Of a stretch of DNA of 64,000 nt, positions 1-10,893 are shown piece by piece (the stretch's first letter is position 1; each line of letters begins with the position of its first letter). This DNA comes from Chara braunii. Taxonomy: Eukaryota; Plantae; Charophyceae. The DNA lies in assembly GCA_003427395.1 (NCBI GenBank), contig BFEA01000012.1, positions 5,973,336-6,037,335 on the forward strand. Reading direction: 5' to 3'. The notes beneath the pieces are model-generated. The model had not been told where the DNA came from. It did no database searches and worked only from the letters and a program-made list of their open reading frames with translations. The position numbers were made by a program, and so were the translations under genes.

Positions 1-507
1 AAGAACTCAAAAGAGTCCAAACACCCCCGGCCCATGTGGCTGACTGGTATTACACAAGTAAGTCTCCACAAATAACTTTTTTTTTTTTGTGTGTGGATCA
101 GATATTAAACTGACCAGAACAGATACTAAACTTGATGATCTCCTGACCAGATCCATTCAATATAGTAATTTTATTTATTCTTTTTTTTTTTTTTTTTTTG
201 CAATCAATATAGTAATAGGGTTAGGGGTTTTTTTTTTTTTTTTTTTTTTTTTGAGAGAACCCAATTTTTATTGCTCCCTTCACAAACTTTATAATTATTA
301 AAAAAACAAAATACACCGAAAGCGGGAGAACATGGCACTGCACGAACGGTTGCACGTTGATCAGACATGGTCCATCGGTATTAATGCCGGTCCGCAGGGT
401 TGAGCATGGCAGAATCAACACGATCCATCAGCATTGGGCCCGGTCCACAACGTATCCACTTGATCCAATTATTAAAACAATTGTTGCATCTATAGTCCTA
501 CGATTTT

Positions 508-525
508 TTATTATTATTATTATTA

Positions 526-561
<36 letters not shown>

Positions 562-597
562 TTATTATTTTATTATTTTATTATTATTATCATTATT
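508..597. repeat. (TTA)n microsatellite
   Basis: Imperfect run of ttattattatt... read directly from the sequence. Confidence 0.9.
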
Positions 598-1652
598 GTT
601 TTAACCAACGAGCGTAGCTCACTCGGTACACCCACAAACTGTTGACATACAAACCCAAGTTCGAATCCGGACACAGACAGATGGCCAGAAATAATTTTGA
701 GTTTACCGGGGGCTGTCACTTCAACGATGATATCTGCTGAAGGCCGTCGCCCTTTCGAAGAAAAAAGCAAAAAAAAAAAAGATATTCTTTTTTTGTTTTT
801 TTTTCCAATGCGACAGAAAGTCACAGAAACTCTCTCCTTCCTTTTCTTTCCCCATCTTCGTTTCTTTCTTTCTTTCCTTCTTTTTTTCTTGTTTTTTTCA
901 TCTTTGTTTCTGGTCTCCTGAATGGATTAGTCACGATTTTTTTTTTTTTTAATTGACCTACGATTTGACTCCGGGAGGGGGGAAAAAAAAAAGAAGAAGA
1001 AGAAGAAGCAATCGCACACACTGTGGCCGGATGGATTTTTTTACGCCCCTTGATGTCATCGTCATGCGCCTTTCCCTATTTTTTCTTTTCGGTTAAAGAC
1101 ACGTGATCGCGCCACGGTTTGTGTAGGCAAATCTGATGAAAGCTGATACATGCATGACCCACTCGCACTCCCGTAGTTCGTTCATTTTGTTCACTTACGC
1201 TTTTCCAACAGATTGACCCCTCGGTCGTTGAAAATCGCCTGAAATTTCATTTCTTCTCCTTGTCTTTTCCCGATTTGGATCGATCCTCGTCGCACCTGGT
1301 CGTTCACCTTCTCAGCGACATAGTCCTCCACCCAACAGCGGCGTGTCCGTCGCACGGCTCACACGACTGCACCTCTCTTATGCTCTCGGGGGGTTGATGT
1401 CAACCTCAAACCATGACTCGAGGCCGAGTCCGACCACCTTGGATTCTTCATTTCCGGCCGTTGATCTTCGTAATCTAGGCTCAGAAATGAAGAATTCGGA
1501 AAAGTGAGACTTGGCCCCCGGGACAGTGCCCCACTTGCTGAGGTTCAGTTCTGGTTCGAGTATTTTTCAACGCGGTCGCGGTCACAGTGTGGGTCGGATG
1601 GCAGGGACCCGTGTCTACTCGAAACCAGAATTAAGCGTCCCCAAGTCGGGCA

Positions 1653-2737
1653 TGGTTAGAGCACGGGTTGGAAATGCGCATTGTGGTATGAGGTTGCGGG
1701 TTCAAAACTCAATTGCAGCCTTGCGCATTGACACCGGCAGGGCATTAGAATGACGCACGGCTGGACACACACCCCCTTGGGCTGACGCACAGTAAGCTTA
1801 TACAGACACTGCCTGCGCACAACCCAAGGGTTGTCCATGGTGTTGTATGTTGGGTCTTGATACTGTGTGGGTTGCTTGTGGCTGTTGCTCATGGTTGTTC
1901 TGTTGATGGCCCCAGTCTGGCATATCACACACAGGGCCGTTTACGATTGTTGCTCAAATGGTAGGGTCTTCAAGTCACACGTCATAGACCACAGGTTCGA
2001 GTCTGGCTTGGGACTTTGGGGGGGGTGTCTTGTCCAGCTTGGCCTGTCATCTCTTCAAACAAACACATAATTCCCTGTACATAGTACTGCACATATCTGG
2101 CCTTCGGGCACACATATCTCACTATACAGTTACATAGAGCACACATAGCGTTCGGGCAGACACAAAAAACATGGCCCTATGGGCTCATACAAACATACAT
2201 AGCCTCTGGCAATACACACATACACACAACTACGATACTGGGCTGGGGGGGTATATCAGGTATATGACGGGGTCTACTCACACATGGCTAAGCTCTAGAG
2301 TAGGGTAGGGATGTACATCGCTCCGGCTAGTCTGAGCCCCGCCTAGCCTTGGGTAAGCTAGGGGAAGGACAGTAGGATGTGTCTGCGGCTGCTGGCCTGC
2401 CTTGCTTAGGTAATCCTGCTGGGTAGACTCTCTGAATTGGGCCTGTAGAAGATTGCATGAGCCTGGCGTCCGAAGTTCCCGTACGGCAAGGTTCGTTCGC
2501 TTCCGCTTCCATCAGGGCTGGGAGGTTGGCCCAGCCTTGGTGCTTGTCACTGCTCTCTAGTGCAAGTTACCCTCGATACTGGTAGGGTGATGGTCCTGAG
2601 TGCTGGTCACACTGAGGTAGGATAGTAGGGACAGGGTGGGGATGAGTAGGGTAGGTGGCCTATCCTGTCAGGACATCTGCCGCTACCAGCAATCACTGTG
2701 GGTCTGGTCCTTGGCCTCTACAACACCCTGGGCTTTA
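1653..2737 (+). mobile_element. tRNA-derived SINE, copy A (near full length, A-box clipped)
   Basis: Begins TGGTTAGAGCAC; B-box-like GGTTCAAAAC at ~1699; second tRNA-like module TGCTCAAATGG...GGTTCGAGTC at ~1951-2003; ends CCTCTACAACACCCTGGGC. Colinear with copies at 38352-39560 (-), 48479-49375 and 60133-60357. Confidence 0.8.
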
Positions 2738-2741
2738 TTAA

Positions 2742-2850
2742 ACCACTAGTACCTCCAAGCCTGTTTTTGCCGACCCTGAATTTCACTGTGCTCCGAGTTT
2801 GCCGAGCATGGGTCCCACTCCATATCTTTATGGTACTCTAACGGGGAGAA
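2742..2850 (+). mobile_element. One end of a TTAA-flanked TIR (MITE-like) element
   Basis: TTAA|ACCACTAGTACCT, the same terminus as 22008. The following ~100 bp align with the reverse complement of 25850-25958. Confidence 0.65.
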
Positions 2851-3000
2851 AAAGAAAAGAAAAAAAAAAAAAAAGTTGCAGCTGTGAAACTCACAAAAAA
2901 AGAAAAGGAAACAATGATCTGGCCGTGATTGCAGTTGCATACATTCTTGGAAATGGTAGTGTGACTGTGCCCTCAGTGAGGGCATCTCAGCCCCATGGCC

Positions 3001-3240
3001 AGGTTGTCAGATTCCAAAAACACACACAAAAAAAAAAAAAACAGAAACACGGATTCGGCCGTGAAAATGGTTGGATACGTTCCTCTAAGTGCCAGTGTGA
3101 TGAGGGTTACAATCCTCTGAGGGAACACAGCTCGAACAGATCACGGATTCAGATTGTCAGATTCCAAAAACAGGAAAAAAAAATAAATAAATGGAAACAC
3201 GGATTCGGCCGTGAGAATAGCTGGATACAATCCTCCAGGA
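3001..3240. repeat. Degenerate direct repeat (two copies, ~150-bp period)
   Basis: TTGTCAGATTCCAAAAA...AAACACGGATTCGGCCGTGA occurs at ~3003 and ~3153. Confidence 0.75.
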
Positions 3241-3310
3241 TAGGACGGTCTGGGTCCCATAAATTAGTTGCTGACTGTAGATAGGTACATGTCGTGGGTC
3301 CAGAAACTAA

Positions 3311-3338
3311 CCTCTACAACACCCTGGACTTAAAAAAA
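3311..3338 (+). mobile_element. Extremely 5'-truncated SINE tail (copy E)
   Basis: CCTCTACAACACCCTGGACTTAAAAAAA matches the SINE 3' terminus plus an A-tail. Confidence 0.6.
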
Positions 3339-4963
3339 GGAAACACAGCCAGCGCAGGGCCGAGGTTCCATTAACGGGGCCGAGGTTCCATTAACAGTCG
3401 CCGATCCAGTGTGACACTGAGTGACAGCGGGCTGACAGGTTCATTACGAATTTTTGGGCTGAGAAAACAGAAGAAAGGCAAAAGAGAAAAAAAGAAACAG
3501 AGACCTCCCGTCGGAAATCACGGCAGAGTGCTTCCCAGACATCAGATCACAAATGATCTGATGATGGTGGTTGACAGCAGTGAACAAAGTAACCGCCACA
3601 TTTTCTGGAATAAACTCGACTTCTGTCAGCAGTGATCCTGAAACCCTCCATATACTCCGTGATTGAAGGAGGGGTCCACCCAAGGAGATAATTGCACAAC
3701 AACAAGTAAAATGTTAAAAATCTTCTGTCCAGTGGGCATGTGGCCGACCCCACCCTCTTTCGGGGTTGGCCACACCCCCAACCGATTGAAAAGATTCTGG
3801 CGGGAAGCTTTCGTTGCACGGGCATGGTCAGTGAAATACTGACCGTGGGATCACGAGTACTGCAAGGCAGGATTTTGGTCACTCAACTGCACCATAAACT
3901 CATTTCTATCCTATCCCGTTGCTAGTGGGACCTCGCTCCAGATCACAGATTCCACCCTGACTCGTTGGCAGGGGACTCGTAACAAACAAACGAGAAATAA
4001 AAAAAAGGAGGCCGCTGGGCAGTGAGGGGGGCGGCGGCGGGGCACTACCGGGAGCGCTCTGCCGCCCGACGTTTTGACGCAACGGCAGGCTCCTTGGTGA
4101 GGGTTGGAGACGAAGAGCGGTTGGGGCGGACGAGAGTGTGGGGTGAGAGGTCAGCAGCCGGATGATGAGGGGGGAGAGGGATCATGGGGCATGCAGGAGC
4201 AGGCTAGTGGTGTCCGGGCGTTGCTGCATGCTCTCCTGTTTGTTGTTTCTGTTATGTGGTTGCTTGGCAGGGTTTTATGGGCTAAAGGAAGAGTATTATA
4301 AGAAGGAACGGAAGGAGGAACGTGGGAGTAAGGTCTTGTATAGGCGGGCGACGTCTACGACGATCACACCCCTTCATCTCCTTGGGCTACCTGCGAGGGG
4401 CGGCTGGCAGGCTCAGCGGTTTAGTCTCGTGACGTGATTTGGAGTGTTGTGATGGTAATCCTAGTTGCGGTCCTGTTATCTTCATTGTCCGGTCCTTTGG
4501 GATGGTTGAATAGTCGCCAATCACAGGCGGCCGAGTTGCTTGGGAGCTGACGAAGGAGGAGGTGAGGTTTGGAGAAAGGGGGGGTGCGTTTATGGATGTC
4601 GAGGGTAAGTTGTGTTCTTCCTCTTCACGTTTTGTAGCGTTGATTCTGTGATGACCTTGATGAGATTTTTAACGATGTGATTCTCATATAGTTTTGTCTG
4701 GTTTAATACCTATTAGTCCCTCTAACCTTGAATTTTAGATATGCAATGAAAATATAACTAATAACTCTGGTTCTGAGGTTTAAAAATCAAGATTAAATCA
4801 AGATTAATCTTGACCTAGTTGGTTGTCCTAATTTTGACTTAGTTTGTTTGCCTATTTCTTTCGAATTTCATATCATTAGTCGTGTTGACTGTCGTATTTT
4901 TTGTTGCTGAATTATTTTCTGGGCAATACTCTTAGTCTGAGATTCGTTGAATTAAAGGTCGGA

Positions 4964-5291
4964 CACCTCTGATTTTTCAAAAGTCATTTTCAAATTTTTA
5001 CTCAATCTCTTTTTATCTTCTGATTCGTCTTGACATTTAAATTCATGAGGTACGTAATCTTGATTTCGACATTCTAGTCACTGTGTGTTCCGATTCAATT
5101 TTTGATTGTTTGATCTTGATTTGCGTAGGCACCTTTGATTTCTTAAAAGTAATTTTCAAATTTTAACTCAATCTCTTTTGATCTTCTGATTTGTCCTGAT
5201 GCTTAAATTCATGAGGTGCGTAATCTTGATTTCAAAATTCTAGTCACTGTGTGTTCTGATTCAATTTCTGATTGTCTAATCTTAATTTGCG
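4964..5291. repeat. Tandem duplication, ~165-bp unit x2
   Basis: CACCT.TGATTT...AAATTCATGAGGT.CGTAATCTTGATTTC...TCTAGTCACTGTGTGTTC...TTTGCG occurs twice. Confidence 0.85.
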
Positions 5292-7292
5292 GTTTTTCAA
5301 ATATCGGATTTAGTTATGTTATCTTAATAATCATTCCATCTGTTTTTGGCTATTGAATCTGAATGAAAGCATCTCCTTTAGGGTTGAAGCCCCTCCCTGC
5401 GAGGGTTACACAGGGGGGGGGGGGGAGATCTTTGAGAGGGAGGGGCGGTGTTGAGGGTTTGTCCTTTTTTGGGCCACGCTGACTTTTGGGTCGGATCAGC
5501 TATGGCGGTTGGGGAAAGAGGACAAGGGGTGTTGATGTCAGCATGGTGAGACGTTGTAGGGTTGTTTCACTTGGAGGAGGTAGGGCAGGAGGGAACTGGG
5601 ATCTTCGGCTCTGCGAGGCATACTTTAGGGGGTACTGTATGCAGCTGAGGGAGCAGGAGTGACATTTAGGGGGCTGTTCTGAACTGGGGTTGGGAGGTGA
5701 GGGGGTGCTTCCCCGCGGAGGCAGTATCAGACAGGGGGTCGTTTTTTTAGGGAGAGGAGTAATCCGTTTTGGTTGTTGTGTCCTTGCACATGGAATCGAT
5801 ATTAGAATAGGCGTTGGAGTTTCCATGGGGAGAGAGGGTGGTTTTTTTCCTCCCTTCCCCTCTTCTGATGGAAATAGTAGGCGTTGAAACGTTATAGGGT
5901 TTTCTCAATCTTCCGATTTCCTGATTTTTTAATATGTTCTTGAGAGAGGTGAGTGAGAGAAGTAGATGGTGGGATATCAGGCGTCCTACTAGCGAGGGGG
6001 CAAGCTCGTAGGACGAAAATAGAGCACATCAGCAGTGAAGATGATGATTCTGCTGCAGTAAGTCTTGCCGGAGTGAGGTAAAGAGGATTGTTGGGGGAGT
6101 TCTAAGTTGTTTGTTCTTAGCTGAAGTCAAGTAATGTCCCTGGTATCTCAAAAAATGAGGAAAGGGGGGAGAGCTAGAACTGGAGGATAGAAGGTAGTAA
6201 GGGGGCTCTCAACAGAGGAAGGTTGTTTGTTAAGGTAAGTAGGTTAGACGGACGATGCTAGGACGACACATGCTGGTGCTGGAGCTTTTGGTCTGTGACC
6301 TAGGGGGAGCTTAAGGCCTGTGGAGTTATGCCAAGGGTGGAAGGCATAACGAAACCGTTCGACGTAGCCGGCGTCGGGGTACTAACCCTGTAACCTGTAT
6401 CAGGGGCTTGCCGCTAAGGGAAATGTTGAGGGAGGAAGGCACTTCCTGTCCGTCAGAACTAGGTTGGTCACTACTGGGGAAGGTTGTGGTGCCCTGTTAC
6501 CCTAGCGGTGTGACGAACAACTTCCTGTAACGCGCAATTTTCTGCGCGGTTGCAATAAGGGGTCCTAAGCTGGGAAGATTGGGCTAATTACGGGAGATCA
6601 GGATCGGTGGAAAATTGCATCAGTGTCCTCGCTTTTTCGTCCTCTTTCGTCGTTTCTTTTTCGAATGATCGGGCACGGGGTCAGGTGTGTCTTGGGGCGG
6701 CCGGTTGAGTGATTGGTCGGATGGTTGTCTGGCGCGCCGCCACGCGCCTGCGCAATTAATAAATGTTGACGTCTTTTTTTTCGGTTAGGTTTCGATCTTT
6801 TTGCGCGCGGACATCGCACGGGAAATTGCTTCGTTCTTTTTGAATTTCCTTTTAAATCTTTTTCGAATTCTGTCGAGCCCCCGATGGCTCTCGGAATTTC
6901 GGACTTTCCTTCTGGAACTCGTGCTTCTTTTTGCTTTTTCGTAGTAGATAGGAATTTAGGAATTTAGTAATTAGGATTTTTCTTGCCGCGCGGCGCCTTT
7001 TGTTTACGCGCTTCTTCATGCGGCTGTAACGACACTCTGATTAGTGGGCGCCCTTAATCGTATGTGTAATTGTAATTTTGGGCGAGCACCATTGTAACTG
7101 TATCTCTCTTCTTGCACTTCGTCTCTCCTCCCCTCCATCTCTTTCTTTTGCTGAAATTTTGTAAGACGCGGCTTGCATGCTCGAGGGTTACGTCCCCCAC
7201 GCCGCGGCCGATCATGCAGAACGCAGGTGTTCCCTCTCTAATCCTCACTCTAAGTCCTGGTAATTCCGTGTTTTTTGCGCATGCATGCACGC

Positions 7293-7298
7293 TATAAA
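7293..7298 (+). promoter_or_regulatory. Candidate LTR TATA box
   Basis: GCTATAAATC is conserved in both LTRs (also ~18265), upstream of a GA microsatellite. Function is inferred. Confidence 0.45.
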
Positions 7299-7554
7299 TC
7301 TTGGCTGCGCGATTAGTCAACTCTCTTAACCCGTTGTCGGAAGCTCGGGGTTGCGCGATCAGGAAGGGTCGGCACACGAGCGAAGTAAGAGGTGAGTAGA
7401 GCAGGAGTTGGGTGACCCGACGGGCTGGTGCCGAACGGGCGGGATTGACGTGGGCCACGACGGACTGTGGGCACGACGAATCCGACCGGTGCGGGAGGGC
7501 TAAGAGGGGTGACAACTTCGTGGGTTGGTGCGTAACGAGGGACTGTCCGCATCG

Positions 7555-7593
<39 letters not shown>

Positions 7594-8446
7594 NNNNNNN
7601 NNNNNNNNNNNNNNNNNNNNNNNNNNNNNNNNNNNNNNNNNNNNNNNNNNNNNNNNNNNNNNNNNNNNNNNNNNNNNNNNNNNNNNNNNNNNNNNNNNNN
7701 NNNNNNNNNNNNNNNNNNNNNNNNNNNNNNNNNNNNNNNNNNNNNNNNNNNNNNNNNNNNNNNNNNNNNNNNNNNNNNNNNNNNNNNNNNNNNNNNNNNN
7801 NNNNNNNNNNNNNNNNNNNNNNNNNNNNNNNNNNNNNNNNNNNNNNNNTGTTTTCTTGTCTCTTCCCCCTCTTCATCTGTGTACATACATTTTGATTGCG
7901 TCTCCGGGCGGTTTGCCCGTTCTTATTTTCGTTTCGGCTTTCTGAAATGTGGGCTTGGGTTTTTGCTCACGTTTGTCCTTGCGATGTCCGTCCTGCTTGC
8001 ATTATGTGTATGATTGCCGAATGTATGGATGTTATGACTGCTTGTCTATCTTTTTGCTGAGAATCCCTATCCTTGCGTTATGTCTATGTCGAATTTTTTG
8101 CCTACACCTGATGTCGCTGTAGATGGGATAGGAATCTGACCTCGATAGTGGGTCTGTTCTCGTTTTTGCTTATCCCGGGATGGGGGTTGTGATATGATTG
8201 CAACTTGCATAATCGACGATTCGAAGTCTGGCCCCGCGAACGCCGCGCAAGAACACATGTAAACGCGATCCGAGTCGCGCCCTTACACGCATTCCCGTGC
8301 GTCGATTCGATCACCCAAAAAAGGATTCGCGGCGGAACCATCATCCCATACGAGCACGTTGAGGCGCCACTAAGTCTGCCTGCCCTACACGTGCTCGTGC
8401 GCGGTGACGATAGGCCGACCCGCGCTATCCCACCGACGATGATACC

Positions 8447-8938
8447 ATGACGTGATCTTGGGGCTCAGACTCATCCTATGACCCAGACTATTTCACCCCT
8501 ATAATAAACGAGTTCATAAGGACACGATACCCCTGTCACACGGAGAATCGGCTATGTCCGCGGGAATTCCACTGTGCCACCTCTAGCGACCCTCGGTGCT
8601 CCGATTTCTCTTCTCCCGACCACACCTACTACTTCACCCACCCGGGATTCGTTGAGATCACCACCAGTTTCCCTCCTTTCTGCCTCCTTCTCCCGTATCA
8701 TCAACTCAGTGTCGTTCCGTGGCCGGCCATAGCCCCCTATTGGCCCAATACGTTTTGCGTGAACTGTCGACGCAGCGGCGCACAGAGCACTCCGAAATTC
8801 CGAAGGCCCAACTCAGGTATGCGGCGGCCTGCGCCACGCGGCAGCCTCCGACGGCCTAACTTTTCAGGACCATCTCCACCACGGAGGAATTTTCTCGTAA
8901 CCCGTCGCCCACAGTGTCCCGGTCCCTTCGGACTATGA
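8447..8938 (+). pseudogene. LTR-encoded Cys/His-rich ORF (~163 aa consensus), unknown function
   Basis: ATG at 8447, a single TGA at codon 3, then open to TGA 8936-8938. The 3' LTR copy (ORF 19180-19518) has CGA at that codon but different lesions. Confidence 0.5.
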
Positions 8939-9086
8939 GACCCTTGCGCGTGCACCCCTCGTTCGCCTAATTGCATTCATACCCTTAAGACTCCCCCCAC
9001 TTCCCCCAAAAATCCTTGGCACACCCCTTTTCGGACTGTCAGGCCCACACTCCACTCCGATCAGGAAGTCGCGCTGGGCGTGAGGT

Positions 9087-9099
9087 TGGTATCGGAGCC
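9087..9099 (+). promoter_or_regulatory. Primer-binding site (tRNA-iMet type)
   Basis: TGGTATCGGAGCC versus the canonical plant PBS TGGTATCAGAGC, immediately after the 5' LTR. Confidence 0.9.
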
Positions 9100-9240
9100 C
9101 GACACGTGGCTAGGGTCTTAGGATCGATAGCACGCTAATTAGGTGACCTGGCTAACCGTGGGCGACCTCGCCCCCGGAACGCGCATAGACGCGACCCTAT
9201 TGTTACCCGAAGCAGATCGGCTAACCGACGAGCAGCCAAC

Positions 9241-10893
9241 ATGGCTGCCAATGTGCAGAACCCGGTTCAACAACAAAATGCTAACCCAAATCAACCCGCC
9301 CCACGTGCACGAGCTCCCATGACGCCACCTGATCTCTATTTGTTTGATCCCGCACACCATCTCGCAGGAGCATGGCTGGCCACACTTAGAGCCCAATAGT
9401 ACACTGACAACGAAGCACAGATCAACATTCCGGTTCGAATGGGAGGAGACACTCATCATTGGTTTAGTACCTATGTATGGGTGGATCTCCCGACCTTCGA
9501 GCGGGACTTTATGAACCGATTTGATTATGTCCACCCTGAGCAGGCGCTGTACATGATCAAGGACCGAGTGCAGAAACCGCTCGAATCCGTCGCGGAATAT
9601 CGAAATCGGTTCTACAGAATGTTCGTAAAAACTGAGCGAGGGGAGCAAGTAGGGAGAGATCTGTTCATCGACGGGCTCCGCAACCGAACAATCAGGGTTA
9701 AGTTGCGAAAGCAATTTTCCCCCATCACTCATACGCTGCAACAAATTATGGCTGCTGCGGAAGAAATGGAATGGAAGTTCGCGGTGAACTTCCTGGAGGG
9801 AGAAGACTAGCCTAGAGACGGAGATTCGACCGAGCTCGCCCGAGCAAGAGCAGAGCTGGCCGCTTTACAGAACAAATTTGAAAACATGGGGTTTGTATCA
9901 GGACCTGTCACCTATATGGAACAGATAGGCCCCAAACGAGTAATCCTAAGTGAGACTCCGAGCATCTCTGCTCCTATGATGCCCCCGCCCGTCGGGGCAT
10001 TACCCCCACCGCCGGTTGAGGCTCCTGTACGATCAAACGAATCAGCGGCCATTTTCGAACTAACCAAAACCTTGATTAGCTTGATCCAGGAAAGCAAAAA
10101 GGAGCAGCGAGAGCACAATGCTCGGCAGGAAGCCATGATGAGGAACATGCGGCCCATTGCGGTACGCGCCCCTCCAATGCAGCAAGGATTAGCCTCGACA
10201 CCTGCGCTTGGAGGAGTCGCAAACAATCTGAATGTTTGTTATGCTTGTCATCAGCCCGGACATCTAGCCCGTGATTGCCCCCACCGACCCCCACAACAGC
10301 GGATCGGAGCCGCACCTATGGCTGTTGCTCCCATCGCCAACAGACCAGGACGAGTCGGAGCCCTGATGGAAGAAATAGAGGGTGGGGGAAGTGCCCTGGC
10401 TACCTCGGAAGAGGCCGCCGAGCTAATCCCGCTAGACCAATACGTATCGCTAGGGTATCCTGGGCTTGGAATGATCGGAACAATCCGACCAGCACCAGAA
10501 CTGAAAGAGGTGGCGGAGTGGCGACCGTCCCTAGGAGAAATGGAGTCGGGAGGACCCACCTTCGTCACAGGGGAGATCGATGTATTAAACATCATCCGAG
10601 CTTTGGACCATCGGATTCCCCTTCCGATTAGTCATTTGCTCTCGATCTCCGAACAGGCCAACGAGCGAATGTTACAGCATTGCAAAGCGAACCGAAAGCG
10701 ATTCACCCTTGCCCGGACCCCGAACGCGAAAGCCAAAAGCCCCGCGCCCGAAGAAAACCCCACAAGTACTTCAGATCCGATACGGTTAGGTTTAATCCAG
10801 AAAGATGATCATTTCGTGCGGATTAAACCAATTCCGTGGAAATCCGCCGAGTGTGATATAGAAATTTGGGGAATCCTTACAATGCTATTATAG
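9241..10893 (+). pseudogene. gag: Gag (capsid-like region plus CCHC zinc knuckle), two in-frame stops
   Basis: ATG 9241 is in frame with ORFs 9439-9810 and 9886-10893; knuckle CYACHQPGHLARDC; TAG stops at 9397 and 9808. Confidence 0.9.

Larger units (their letters stand above)
6509..9086 (+). repeat. 5' LTR (contains N-gap 7594-7848)
   Basis: Colinear with 17466-19813, but runs directly into the PBS without the terminal GCGTCACA. Confidence 0.95.
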
